This document shows, one piece after another, positions 1 to 13,789 of a stretch of 64,000 nucleotides of DNA. Both the position numbers and the translations under genes were made by a program. The notes beneath the pieces were generated by a model that was not told where the DNA came from, did not search any database, and worked only from the letters and a program-made list of their open reading frames with translations. Every line of letters starts with the position of its first letter. Positions within the stretch are counted from its first letter, which is position 1. The stretch is from Lingula anatina (lineage: Eukaryota; Animalia; Brachiopoda): NCBI GenBank assembly GCA_051362555.1, contig CM120649.1, positions 19,978,567 through 20,042,566 on the forward strand. The letters are read 5' to 3'.

Positions 1-483
1 TCTACCTCATGCTTTATTCAAGAGTGACTGATGATACTGTTTATACATTTTAGGCAGAAATTATCCAGGCACGGCCTCAGAGAAACCCTTTTCTCTCCAT
101 TTTCCAAGAACTTGTCTGCTGTGAGAAGTGGTGGCTTATATCTCCAGAACTGAGGAATAACACTTCGTACTTGTTAGCAGTGAAATCTTGCAGAAATGGC
201 TCTAATAATGGCTTCTGAAGCTGACATAGTCAACAGATCTAGTGTAACAGTTTTTTTTCCCTCAAAGCTTGACCTGTTTATCTTGATTTTCTCAGAATTA
301 TGATGAAGTAGAAATCAGAACACCCCCCACCCCCCAGTGAGTTCAAACTTCATGTAAATGCAAATGTAGATTAAAGGGCAGCACAGAGACTGGTACAGAA
401 TTGATGTGTTACGAAATCACAACAGAATCACAAGGTCCACCCCCATGATCACCTAGATCTTGGTGTGTAGTAGTTCTGTGGTC

Positions 484-575
484 AATATATGCATGATCAC
501 ATATGACAGGAATTAATATATGTATGGTCACATATGACAGGAATTAATATATGCATGATCACATATGAGAGGAAT
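484..575. repeat. 31-bp tandem repeat, 3 copies
   Basis: AATATATGCATGATCACATATGACAGGAATT x3. Confidence 0.85.
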
Positions 576-681
576 CACAGGGAAAGCTGTACGGGTAGGC
601 TCATGTTTGTAGAGGTTATAGATAAACAACCCAAGTCTTTATGGAGAATTCAGTGGTTACTGAAGACCATGATCAGCAAAC

Positions 682-1320
682 GGGGACAGCGCGCTGTGCC
701 GAAGGTTCGCTGTGCCGAGGGTTCACTGTGCCGACAAAACCGGAAAATTGGTCTAAAATCGGCTAAGTTTTTCCGGAGCCCCAAAATCAAAGGTTCGCTA
801 TGCCGATGGTTCGCTGTGCCGAAAGGGTCGCTGCGCCGAGGGTTCGCTGCGCCGAAAAAGTCGGCTACCCATCACCCATTGTGCTTGTTATGTAACGTGG
901 CGAGCAGTGGCCTTTTTTGAAAATAAACGAGTTTTAAAAGTTCTCTTCTTCTATCCGTACCATTTGGATTTGTTAAAACTGCGCATTGAAGATTTATCCT
1001 TATGGACATAAACATCTTAAATCGCTTTAAATAATCAGTTCTGTAAGTTAATATATTAATTATTTTTGGCACTATGGGCGTCACCCACATTTAGGAAATT
1101 ACTGACAAGAAAACATTCTCTAATTATTTTTGGCGAACTTGTTGTAGTTATTGGGTGTGTGTAAAATTAACATCTTTTTAAAAACAATCGGCATAGCGAA
1201 CCCTCGGTATAGCGAACCTTCGGCTCAGCGAACCCTCGGCATAACGAACCTTCGGCATAGCGAACCCTCGGCACAGCGAACCTTCGGCATAGCGAACCTT
1301 CGGCATAGCGAAGCGCACCC
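682..1320. mobile_element. Non-autonomous DNA transposon with 16-bp tandem subterminal repeats (Merlin-like)
   Basis: 8-bp TSD CAGCAAAC at 674-681 and 1321-1328; GGG..CCC ends. Arrays of CGCTGTGCCGAAGGTT on the left and its reverse complement (~8 copies) on the right. Confidence 0.75.
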
Positions 1321-2073
1321 CAGCAAACAAGTTTCTAGACTAGATCTTGTGAGATATCTTCAAAAGTTTGTTAGTTAGCAATATGCCTAGATTCTAGTAT
1401 GTCACTAGAGGGCAGGTCGATATTCAGGCTTTTAGATTTAAATAAATATGTTATATTTAACATATCAATATGTTAAAACTGTTATTGGGTAATAGTAAAC
1501 ACAGGCAGAAAATAATGTGTCCTGTCTCCATAGCTTTGTAGTCAAATCTTATCATCCCAATACTAGGCATGGGGGCTTACTCTGTAATCAAACACATTCA
1601 AATAAAGCCATCTGCCACATGTTTCAATTTTTGGCAACATGTTTGAAAATGTCAAAAGCAGTTAACTGCAGCAAACCATACCAAGACCAAGGAAGTCTTA
1701 ATGCCAAATTTACTCTAGTCTGAAATCACCCCATTCTCAATTTATACACAAACACGTAATTTCAAATCCAAGATGACATTTCAGAAGGTCAAACAGAACA
1801 TTTCAGCCACATTTCCCATCTTTGCCTTAACAGAATAAGACTTTTTACTGCCTTATGGTCAATAACCATTGAGAACAGATTACAGGAATCCAAAGTCCAA
1901 ATAAAACACTGAGTACCTGCAAAGTTTACAACCACAGGAGGCGCAAGGCACAGCCTCAATTTCGCGTGACCTTTGAGGACCTTTTACCTGATAAGGTAAC
2001 TGAGAAAAGGATGGACACCTCTTTCTTCTCTCAACCACATCTTACATTCTTTACAAGAACTACATACTTTTAC

Positions 2074-2245
2074 TAGGGTAGCACTAGAAAATTTTTCGCT
2101 TAGCCAAATCACCACTTTTTTTTTTGTCAATTAGTTATCCAAATGGTTAGAATTTGACTAAAACAAGTCAAATCAAACCCTTTCTGTTTGGCCAATTTAC
2201 ATCAGTTTTAGCATTTGGCTGAATTGACCAGCGTTAGCACTACCT
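2074..2245. mobile_element. ~170-bp dispersed repeat (MITE-like); further copies at ~15640-15786 and ~17080-17262 (inverted)
   Basis: Shared core TTAGCCAAATCAC...CCAAATGG..GAATTTGACTA...AGCATTTGGCT with short GGGTAGC/CTACC ends. Confidence 0.6.
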
Positions 2246-2605
2246 CAGCTTTAACCATCTCTTGATGGCAGCAAACAGCCTAAAGCATTGGTCTGCCACT
2301 GGTCTTTTGCATTGCCTACTACTATTTCTGACAATATGTATACCTTTGTAGTAATTTTAATGTTCTTACTTTCAGCAAATACTCACTAATTTGAAGCAGC
2401 ATATTTCTTAGTTATAGGGTGTTCACATTGAAACTATTCCCATGCTGTTGACCAGAATACCAAAAAGCTGATGATTGTATAAGAATGTTGGCATATAAAT
2501 CTGTTAATCAGATTGCATTCAGCAAGAGTCTCCACAGAGTGAGTTCTCACTTCCCAGTATGACAGTTTCATTGTAATTACACCCAAGGCTGTATTTTTCA
2601 CCTAC

Positions 2606-2738
2606 CTAAACCGCTGTCTCCGCTCTCCTGTCTGGCGTGGTAATCTGAGGAGCCCTGATTCAGGAACGGGTCGACCCCCGTATTACTAACTGCCAGCTCG
2701 CTCTTCATCCCGTGTTGCCGCAGCATCATCTCTTGCAC
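2606..2738 (-). CDS. YAP1: YAP coding exon 4: phosphodegron (missed by the ORF track)
   Basis: TACAG acceptor and GTAGGT donor; phase 0->1. Encodes VQEMMLRQHGMKSELAVSNTGVDPFLNQGSSDYHARQESGDSGL(G), i.e. HxRxxS plus the DSG degron equivalent to human YAP S381/S397. No terminal FLTWL exon was found in 1-2600. Confidence 0.93.
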
Positions 2739-2740
2739 CT

Positions 2741-2819
2741 GTACCAATAAGAGGGGGAGACGGTATGGATAAGAACCAGTGTACCAATTAGAGGGAGAGA
2801 CGGTATGGGTAAGGACCAG
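2741..2819. repeat. 40-bp tandem duplication at the YAP exon-4 acceptor
   Basis: GTACCAAT(A/T)AGAGGG(G/A)GAGACGGTATGG(A/G)TAAG(A/G)ACCAG x2. Confidence 0.8.
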
Positions 2820-3106
2820 AACACAAGGACAACATGATCAGAAGTTTTCAACTTTTCACTTTGTTGAGGATGAGGCTGCCTTTCATTGGAAAATATGGCG
2901 CTAGTCATGTTTTTGGCTCGCAAAAAGTTGAAAATCTACTGATAGTCGGAAAAAACCTTATCCCTGCTTCCTACACAAAACTGAAGCCATACCCAAGGCT
3001 TTGTGAGGTATAGCTTCAATTTTGCATAGAAAGTAAAAAAAATTTTAACTATGTGGGTCTGAAGAAGGCACAGCCACATTAACAGCTACCACATTATTAC
3101 GACTAA

Positions 3107-3149
<43 letters not shown>

Positions 3150-5127
3150 TGAGAGAGAGAGAGAGAGAATGTTTACAAGCTGTATAGTCTTATGCTCCAT
3201 CTGTATGTTCTATATTGGGAAAGTCTGACATCCACTTCACTCACTACACTGCACACAACACAGGTGGCATCTTGATACCAAGCCAAGCCATACTCCTTTT
3301 TTACCTCTTCCAATTTTCCCTGTCAAACACAAATTCTATACAATACACTTGGTTTCATTTCCTCTGAAATCTTTCTCTCCCTCACCATACCATTGGGCAT
3401 GGTTTGCCTACAATGCCAGGGTTATTCCTATTGTCTTGAAAAGCCAATTTATTGTTTAAACCAGATAACCCCTCTTTCGCACACATACTCTTTTTCTCTC
3501 ACTCTTTCCATTCATCTCTTTTCATCTCTCTCTCTCTTCTCTCCATCCTCCCCTTCCTCCCTGCCCCATTGTTTCTCCAGTCACTGCCCAGCTCTTGACC
3601 CCTGCACTGGTCAAGAATGGTCTTTTCTATTCACCCAGTAACCTAATCTAGAAATCCAATTAAACTGAAGATCACAGTCCCTGTTGCTAGGGTTTGTAAT
3701 ATGAGACCTGGAGAGTGCAAGGCTTTGGCTATGCAGCACCAGGGCCCTGAAGGACAATATGACACCAAGGGAATGTGCATGGTCAATATACACCAACCAT
3801 TTCACCATGGCAACTGATACTATACCAGAATGGCTGACAGTGATGTGTTCTATATCTTTTGCAGCACAGGGTAATTGGGGGAGGGGGGTAGACAGGAGTG
3901 TTGTGATTTGGAACAGAAGGGGGGTGGAGGAGGATGGGGCTAAATCATGAGAATTCTAACTTTGTAGATGCTTTGCCTTCACAGGGCCCCAGAAGATGAA
4001 ACAGGTGCCCTGATAAAGTAACGCAGCCAGTACACCTCTTGGTGATAGGTGAGTGGGCAGATTACTACAAAATTTGTTGAGAGCATTTTGATGTTGGGTA
4101 CAATACAATCTTCTGTTATCTACAGTGAGGGACTTAAATCTTATGATGTGTAGAGTAAACCCTGCTCAATAACAGCTTCATCTTCAACAGTTTATTTTAG
4201 TGAACAATTAATATGTAGATGAATATTGTATTGGTGTACATTACAGCTGTCTTTGTTGGTCTCACCAAGACAGTTCCAGACCATTTCAGACTTCTGAAGC
4301 AATCACTTGGGTGCCTATGACTAACTGCCTTATGACTTCTTAAACTTCAAATTACAATCTCTTAAACTGATCCAAGCACCTGCCTTCTCCATCACTACAC
4401 CACATCTCTGCCCACTCTCAGATCAAGTTCTCCAAACTTTATCTCCTCATAAAGAAGGGCTGTCCCCAGTGTGGGGGTTGACTAAACCACAAAGTTTCTT
4501 TTTATTATTTCATGTAAGTGATCTTAAGCTAGGAAGGAATATTTTGTTAAGACTGAGAAGTTGTGTATAGGTTTTGAGGAAAAAATTTGTAATGGAGGCA
4601 GATTATTCACTTTAATCCAGAGCTTACCTGACATCAAATCATCCAAAATGTTTAGGTATCAAGGGCAGATTATATAAACTACAATGAGTTGAAGAGAGGG
4701 TGAACTTGTCTGTTACCCTGGAGTGGTTTATCATTTAAACTATTCACCAATACTGGTAGAGGAAATAACAGAATCCTTGTAAACAGCTTTACATAAACAC
4801 TCCGCGGTGTTCTCTTTCAAATTAAATGGTTTTTTAACAGCTGGGCTGTAGAAGTCAGTAAATTAGGCGACATTACACCCGCCCTACTGCCCACGCAGTC
4901 GCTACAGTTACCAACAAGGGGAAATTGTTAGGGAGAGACTTCAATGTAGTCATCCAGTTATTTTATGGCCCCCTTTTAGCATGCACATTCAAATCCTTTC
5001 TTAGCCACACCCAATGTTGGGAACCTGATCACACACTTCTTATTCTTTCTTGTTGAAATGTCCTTTTCTTTATCTCCTTCATATACAAGACTGTGCAGGA
5101 TTGTTGACAAAATAAAACTCTCTACCC

Positions 5128-5208
<81 letters not shown>

Positions 5209-6293
5209 ATTTGATAGTCATCCAACAATCTGGACATAGTGTTTACCAGTTAACTGTGTAAAATTTCTCCTTTTCAGTCCAGACAGCCCCTACTTGGCCC
5301 TGGTCCAAACCCTCCTGGCTCTGATCAGAGATCACAGCAGCAGGGAAGTCTCCACTGGCAAATTTGTAAATTTATAACTTGCCCTGGTGAAGTTCCTCTA
5401 AAATCTAGAATAACCTTCTCACGAACAAGCAGACCATCCTAGTAATCTGCTTTTTCTCTGTCAAGGTATTCTAAGCAATCACAGAAACCTCCACTGTATT
5501 TAGATATAATATTATCGAAGCCAATTTATTGTACAAATTCTTACACATCTTTTACTTTTAAATACAGTTTTTTTTGTTCTCCCAATAAAAAAGACAGAAC
5601 TTCCTTAACCTAATGAAACTTTTCCCTTTCTAAAATATCACGACCCAAAATCACACGAAAGAAACCATCTATGACATTTCTAACTTCTTCTTCATAAAAT
5701 CACGCTCCACCCCCAATCATTAAGATACAATCTCAGGAAGTAAAAGTACACAGAATCTGTTTGTAAATAGTTCCGCATACTGCTAGCAGCGTTAATGTTC
5801 CAAAATTATGCCAACTATTTCACAAGTTTAGCCTTACATTGCTTTTTTTTAAAGCAGGGGCCATTACACATTCTTCTATCCAGAAATGACCTAAATGTTT
5901 ACTGACTGACAACTGGGAAGCAAGTATGGAAATAGGCCTGAGAAAGTGTGCTTGAGAGAGGTTTTTTCTTATTCTTTTGAATAGCTAAGTCCTTAAATTG
6001 GCTTTCTGCTTTAAACAAATCACACAAAACATTTTCTGCTCATACTGCACAGGAATAAAATTACATAAACATTATTGACTACAAATTGTGTACAGTAACA
6101 GCCAAGATAAGTGTCCTTGGAAGGTAAATCCTCTCTGGTGTTTTATATTATTGAAAATGACCATCAGGCACACTGTCCCACCCAACACACTGTCACAACT
6201 AACACACTGTCACACCCAACACACCATAACAACTAACACAATGCCACATCTCACACACTGTCACACAAAGCACAAACCAGCTTAAATACTCAC

Positions 6294-6544
6294 TTGTTTT
6301 GTAATCTCTTCTTGTCGTCTTTTTAACAGCGCCTCTTCTCGCTGGAGCTCCTGTAACGTTCTCTGTCGGCCATTAGGCCCTGTCATTTGTGGGGAAGGTA
6401 ACTGCCGAGGTTGCTGTTGCTGCGCTGCCTGTTGTTGTTGCTGCTGCTGTTGCTGATGCTGTTGCTGTAATTGATGCATCTGTGGAGGAAGTGATCTCTG
6501 ATGTTTCTGCTGCAGGTTCATTGCTGGCTGCTGCAGATGCATGG
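6294..6544 (-). CDS. YAP1: YAP coding exon 3: polyQ tract and coiled coil
   Basis: TTCCAG acceptor and GTGAGT donor; phase 1->0. Encodes (P)MHLQQP...polyQ...RQRTLQELQREEALLKRRQEEITKQ, matching the YAP coiled-coil region. Confidence 0.92.
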
Positions 6545-6550
6545 CTGGAA

Positions 6551-6902
6551 CAGACAGAGAACACACTTAGTATATGACATGTAGATAGTATATAAAACAG
6601 AAGACAGAGAACCCACTTAGTATATGACATGTAGATAGGATATAAAACAGAAGACAGAGAACACACTTAGTATATGACATGTAGATAGGATATAAAACAG
6701 AAGACAGAGAACACACTTAGTATATGACATGTAGATAGGATATAAAACAGAAAACAGAGAACACACTTAGTATATGACATGTAGATAGGATATAAAACAG
6801 AAAACAGAGAACACACTTAGTATATGACATGTAGATAGGATATAAAACAGAAGACAGAGAACACACTTAGCATATGACATGTAGATAGGATATAAAACAG
6901 AA
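6551..6902. repeat. 50-bp minisatellite, 7 copies
   Basis: Unit AGAACACACTTAGTATATGACATGTAGATAGGATATAAAACAGAAGACAG with exact 50-nt period. Confidence 0.95.
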
Positions 6903-8035
6903 CAAAGGTTGGGAATAGAAGGGAACTTATAATTTGACTTATTTATACTCATAGCCCTAACTATTTTGGACAAGGAATTAAAATATGTGTCGAATATTTT
7001 GCGACTTTTTTCAGGCTGCAGAATTTTTGGAAAGGAAGTGCAGATCTGTAATGTTTCACATAATATGGAAGAGTTCAATGGTAGTGACTGTCTGTGTAAA
7101 AACACAACTGAAGGAGGGAGGGAGAGAGAGAGAGAGAGAGAGAGTAGTATAAATAACTATACATGTACATAAACCGTCAGTCAGATTCCTATCAATCTTA
7201 GATTAAGGGAATGGCACACTCAATGGTTTGGAAGGCTTTATTTATTACGCTTACAAGATATGATACAGTATCTATGGCCATTCAGAACTAATAGAGGACC
7301 AGCAGGCTTCTGAAGTGAGGTAAAGCTGAAACCTGACGTCACTCAGCCAATTACACAGGTGCACAAGTCTTTTTTTTTCAGTCAGTATTACTTGCCAAAG
7401 GCTTATGAATTATACATACAGCCCTATCAAGTTCAATGATCACACGTATAAAATTTCAATTAAAATAGGAGCAGTTCTGTGCCTTTACCAAATATATTAT
7501 CCCATGATATTTAAAAAGGTCATCTTCAAAATACTTAAAAAAATCAAAGAAATTGTGATAGTTCATCTGCTACAGCATTTATTACACCAAACACATAGCC
7601 AGCTGACTGATTTGAAAAATGTCTCAAAATTTGACAGTTTTCAAAGGTCATCCCTTGGTTACAAGATGCTCCCTACCAGCTGGGTAATACTGCAGCCGTG
7701 TTCACACACAGATACAGACCTAGACCGATGTAGGTCTAAAACACCACCAGTTTTAAAGCAGTGTACATTCAAGCCTGTAGATACAAACCTGTCAGCACTG
7801 AGTAATTCAATTAATTCACTATAAGCAAAATGGAAGAGGGCTGATGTAATGCAACACACCATGCAAAGTAAGATTATCAAACAATGTGCCACAGTTTGAT
7901 CTGAAGCAGTTTGGTTCTATCCCTGTGTGACCCCAGATGAAGAGAGAGGTAGCAGGAGGCCAGGTGGTTACCCCAGGTGTCACTGTACACTGACACAGCT
8001 GAGAAACCTCTCATTATTGACTTCATGAGCTCAGC

Positions 8036-8088
<53 letters not shown>

Positions 8089-8782
8089 GACCCATGAAAT
8101 AATTCTATTTTAAATTAAAGACGAATGGCCTAACGTTAAGTTTCCATACTGCACTTCAGAGAAAGTGAAAAAAGGGAGGAGTGAAAGAAATGAAGGTAGA
8201 CCCAAGAAAAAATTTATTCAAAACTGAAGACAAAAGACTAAAGTTTCCATTCCCATCAAATCAATATCCATACAATAACTTGGACTAGGTTATCAAAGTA
8301 CCAGTCTCTTTGAGACCCTGAAGCAAGCAGAAGTCCCCAACCACATCAACCCTTTCCCCATGGGATTGACATTGGTCTCCTCCTGTGATATCACTGCCCT
8401 CTGGCAGCAGACAAGTTCAACTGAACATGGCCATGTATTTGAGTAGATGCACTTCATTACCAAGACTGTTTTTACAGGTTATTGTAATCAGTCTGGAATA
8501 TGAATGAGTTCTTCAGGCAGTCAATGAGTACAACTGCCAAAACAAAGACTAGATGCTCACTCACAGTCGAAAGGAGTTAGCAGTTTCTCTTATACCGGAT
8601 TTCTTTTAAAACTGCCCTTCATTTATGACAAAAGAAAAAGAAGATAAGGTAACAGGTTCTACAGATGAAGGGTAATTAGTAACCCAAAGCGTATGAAGTT
8701 CACCTTAAATTGCAGTATACAGTGTTCAAGACAGATGAAAAGACAGACAAGTACACAGAGCTATGTTAACAGACCAACTTAA

Positions 8783-9407
<625 letters not shown>

Positions 9408-12400
9408 TCAAATAAATTTTATGTTGAATTTTGTGTCTTTAGATAGCCCCCATGGGTCTTCAGCTTGGGATTGTTGTCTGTCACCTGCTGCTGCGGAAAT
9501 ATAAACCAGAGATCAACGTCCTAGCAAACATTTTATATCTTTTTGAAACGAGAATCTTCGCAGTTTTATAATGTTCCTGAAATGTAATCCATTGGCAAAA
9601 AAGGTATCAGTATGCATGCAAACACACTTACCTACACACAGCACGCACACACAACATGCACACACACGCGCACACAACATGCACACACACACACACAACA
9701 TGCACACAAACGTACTTCAGACACTAATTTCTTTTTTGTCTAAAAGCTTCAGTCAAGTCCTGAGTAAGACACTATGAAGAACCAAGTGATGTTTTTCTAA
9801 CAAATAGCAAAAGTTTCTTAAATCCTCATTTGGCCTGGGATGCAATGCAGTCCAACACCAATAATTACAAAATATTTATTTGCAACTTTTTTATTTAATC
9901 AATAACTATAGCATCAACAAGTCTGTCACTGAGCAAACTATGTAATTCTCTAATCTTCAAGTGTGTAAGAGTTCAATGACATGTACATTTTTCCTTTTAA
10001 TTCTATTATTTTTCACTAAACTTCATCTCTTAACAACAAAACATACCTCCACTGATAATTCCTGCAGAATTGAAACATTTCTCAGGACAACAAAAAGAAG
10101 GCCATAATGGTGCGGATGTTATCAAACAATGAGTTTGGCCCCTAACACCAACCTTAGACTTTTACCCTCATTAAAGAGGTGATCTGGGTCCTACCAGTCC
10201 CTCTCATGTCTAGAATTCACCTTTACTTACAGCCTAATTGTAATATAACCTTCACAATATAAGATCAAGTTTCCCCAGATTTGATTTGTTTAGGATCTGG
10301 ACCCCAGCAGTCAGTTCTGTAAACTTTTATTTGAAACTACACCTTAATCAAACCCTTCCTCTGTGCCTTTGATTGGGATCAATGTCTTCCCTATAAGTGA
10401 AGTTTAACAAAGGCTTCAATAAGGTGTTTTATTCAAGTTAACCTCAAGTTCGATGTACTTCAATCACAGCAGTTGGGGTGATGAAAAGTGATGCAGACCT
10501 GTTCATATCAGTGCTAACTTAGTCTTGATGTTTTTTGTAAAGGTACCTGGTCTTCTGTAAATTGGAAAGGTTGTAAATGCACCTCATAGACCTTAAACAA
10601 ATCAGATGGGTGGTACACAATGTCTTCTTCACCCAACCAATCTTTTATTGTTTCTGTAAGTTTTTGAAGTCTCAACCAAAACCCTTTCCCTTGGTATCAG
10701 TATAATATGACCAGTGTTTACCAGAGACACTGTAACTGGACCCCTCTTCTCCTTTCTCTACTGTCCCCAGGTGAGGTCACTTAGTGCAGCCAGAGCCTGA
10801 GCAGGGAGGGGGGGGGGGGGAGGAGGGGGGGTCACCAGAGCCTGCAACAATTCCCACTGTTCAACACTGGTAGAGAAGCGAGAAGGACGAGGAGGGAGGG
10901 GGTTGAAATATAAGATATGGGAGAGTTTCTTATTGAGGGAAGGAAGAACAGGTCCAGAACTTGCTGTAACTGACCACCAGAGGGCGCACACTAGGGGACA
11001 CTTGTTCAAATCAAATGATACATTACCATAATGATTCCTAATGTACATTATACCAGTGCTGCCAGGGTTTCATCTAGGGATATTGAACCTTTGTTTATAT
11101 ATAGCACTAGAGTTTCAAAAACATTGAGTATATTTATAGCCCTGATACTCTCTAAGGAGACTGGTACCTTGGAATGGATCCAACCTGACTTTTGGTCTAA
11201 CTATAGTGCTCACTGAGGTAGTACTACTATCCTGGACCTGATGTGCTGGGAATACAGGTATATTCACCTGAGACTGACCTTGTCAGGGCCACCTAATTAT
11301 TTTCTGTCTGTACTATAGCTTCACTGACACCATTAGGGTAATGATTTCATAACAGTGCGCCACTGTTTTAACACTTGTGAAGTCATAAAGTGCATACGTG
11401 ACTGAGAAATAGGTGATAGCAGAGTTGTGAAGTACAGGAAAGATGTCTGAGGAATACCTCTCTGACATGAAAGGTTTAATGAATTGTACTCTCTCTCTTT
11501 CTGTCCCAAACTGCAATGCATTCTATCATTCTTAATGGTACAGAATGAACTCATCTAGAACAGCAAACAGCCCAATCAAAATGATATATTCCACTCATTT
11601 ACCCCTTATCTAAATTTTAACCAGTTCAAAATACAAGTACACTGGCCTGTTTCTTTTTAAAAGTCCATCTTACATCTCACAAACAATTTTCTTTAGCTTT
11701 GGGGCAAGCACTGCTGTGTTCACTCCTGCTCATAAAACCATTAGAAAAACAACATCAATTTATACCAAATAAAGCCATTAACCATGCCTTGTTGACCCCC
11801 CCCCCCCCCCCAAGGGTCAGGGCTGTTTACTACAATGTCAGTGTCCTCAATTTAACTGTTTTAGTATGTGTATCAACATCACCATACCGAGGCTATAGAG
11901 AGGAGATGGGCCATGTTCTTTAACTGTTTAAGGGTGCATTCCCAATGTATCTATCATTCGACTTCATATTGTAGATTGATCCAACTCTTGCTTAATGCAG
12001 TCAGATTAACAGACTAACATGGAGTACAGTGGAACCAAGAGGAGGCAAGTTAATTGTACTCATTGAGAGTTCATGCAGAGTTAGATCGATCTACGAAGAA
12101 TAGTAGCCGTACTGGGAATGAGCCCAAAGAAACTTCAGATACAAATCCATGTCCATTAATCTCCAATAATGTCAGGGTCATGAAAGGTTTACAGATTTCT
12201 CTCCCCACATTAACACTGCATCATTCCTCTGCTTTGGCCTGAAATGCTTCACATTATTACAACTTAATCTCCTTTATAGCCATGTGTTCTCTGGGCTGAT
12301 GGTAAAACCAGATTTTTTATTTTCACCTTATTTTTCCCACCAGTGTGTGTGCAGCAGTGGTTGTGTTGGTTTGTGGTGAGAGTTGGTTCCTGTGAACCAC

Positions 12401-13789
12401 ATATTGCTGTGGTCACACGTCACCATGCCTGCCATCTTCATGACAGCAAAACTCACCCTACCTTGGTGTGATGAAAGCTTCAAGTTTACCTAGAAATTTT
12501 ATTTTTACTTTTGAAAACGTCAACCCCTCCTTCTACAAATACTATGATGTGGGGTGGATCCCAGACAGTTACTTTCATCCACCTCCCTGTTTCTAAACAA
12601 AACTCTAATGCTATTATTTCAGAATACCGTCAACAACAAGACAGTTCTACTCATTTCTAAAGTAATTTAAGATCATACATAAAATCATAACTTTGTAAAG
12701 AAGAGGCAATTAAACCCCCTTCCCTGGTCCAGCACATAATGTCTCTTTTATACATAAGATAATGAGAAATCTCACAGGTCAGTTTTTTAACGTTGTTTTA
12801 ATGGGAATAAGTGGATCAAAAACATTGCCTGCTGGCCAGTTTAACCTACTATGTAAAAGTCTGAGGCAGATTGTATTGTGTATATATATTCCCTTCCTCA
12901 CAGTGAGCTGGCCTGTGAAAACATGGATTGAAGCCCCGCTTTAGACCAACACTTTTAACTTCAAAGCCAGTTCAGCCACAGCGCTGGTACAGATGAGAAG
13001 AAACAAAGAGATGTAAGTCCCTCTCCCCCTAAGTAAATACCACCCCCGCACCTCTCTCAGGTTATAGGGCAATCCTATTGACTGAAGGATTGTGTACATA
13101 GATTACTATAAGTGGGTAAACAATGCAGCATACAATACAACCCCTGTTATTATGATCTATATAGTGGGGTGGTGCTGACCTCACACACCCCTAGTCATCA
13201 ACACAATGAACTGGAAATCATGGTTTTCTTGTGAAAAGCTGTTTTTTTTTTCTTTTTCTTTCATATTTTCCATTTTTCTCAGTGCAATTGTCATGGTGTT
13301 TGAGCTTTTATTTTGGTGAAATGGCTGGATTTTTAATTCTTTCTCTCCTTCTGTGTGAGTGTGTGTGTAAATGGAGGATAGGATTATCAAACTGAAAAAC
13401 CTTACTTTTCTTTTTGTTAAGTTTCTTTAATTAGAAACAATTCCTCTCCAGCATGATTTAGGTGCGTTTAGAAGAGTCATAACAAGACAACTTCCTTGAT
13501 TTTATCTTCCCAGTGATGTCTGTATTTGTGAAGATACAAAGAAATGATTAACTAACAGTAAGTGTCGTGGTCAAGTCTTCTCTGTTGTTTATTTCCACAC
13601 CGCAGCAAGAGGTCACTGAGCTATAACAAGGTGAAGACAACATAACAAGGACCTATGACTGGTAAGTGGGAGCCCAAGATGTACTCATCATATCCTGATG
13701 CTATAGAGCTGAATTTGGTGTACAGAGATGTGAAATATCTAGTAATTTATTTATTTTTTAAAATTTAATTTTATTATTTAATATTATTA

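Noticed and set aside
534-1378. ORFs of 128 aa and 75 aa with repetitive sequence
   Set aside because: They are read-through of the 16-bp subterminal repeats of a MITE.
7405-7824. 139-aa ORF on + inside YAP intron 3 region
   Set aside because: No recognisable domain, splice support or codon bias; AT-rich chance ORF.
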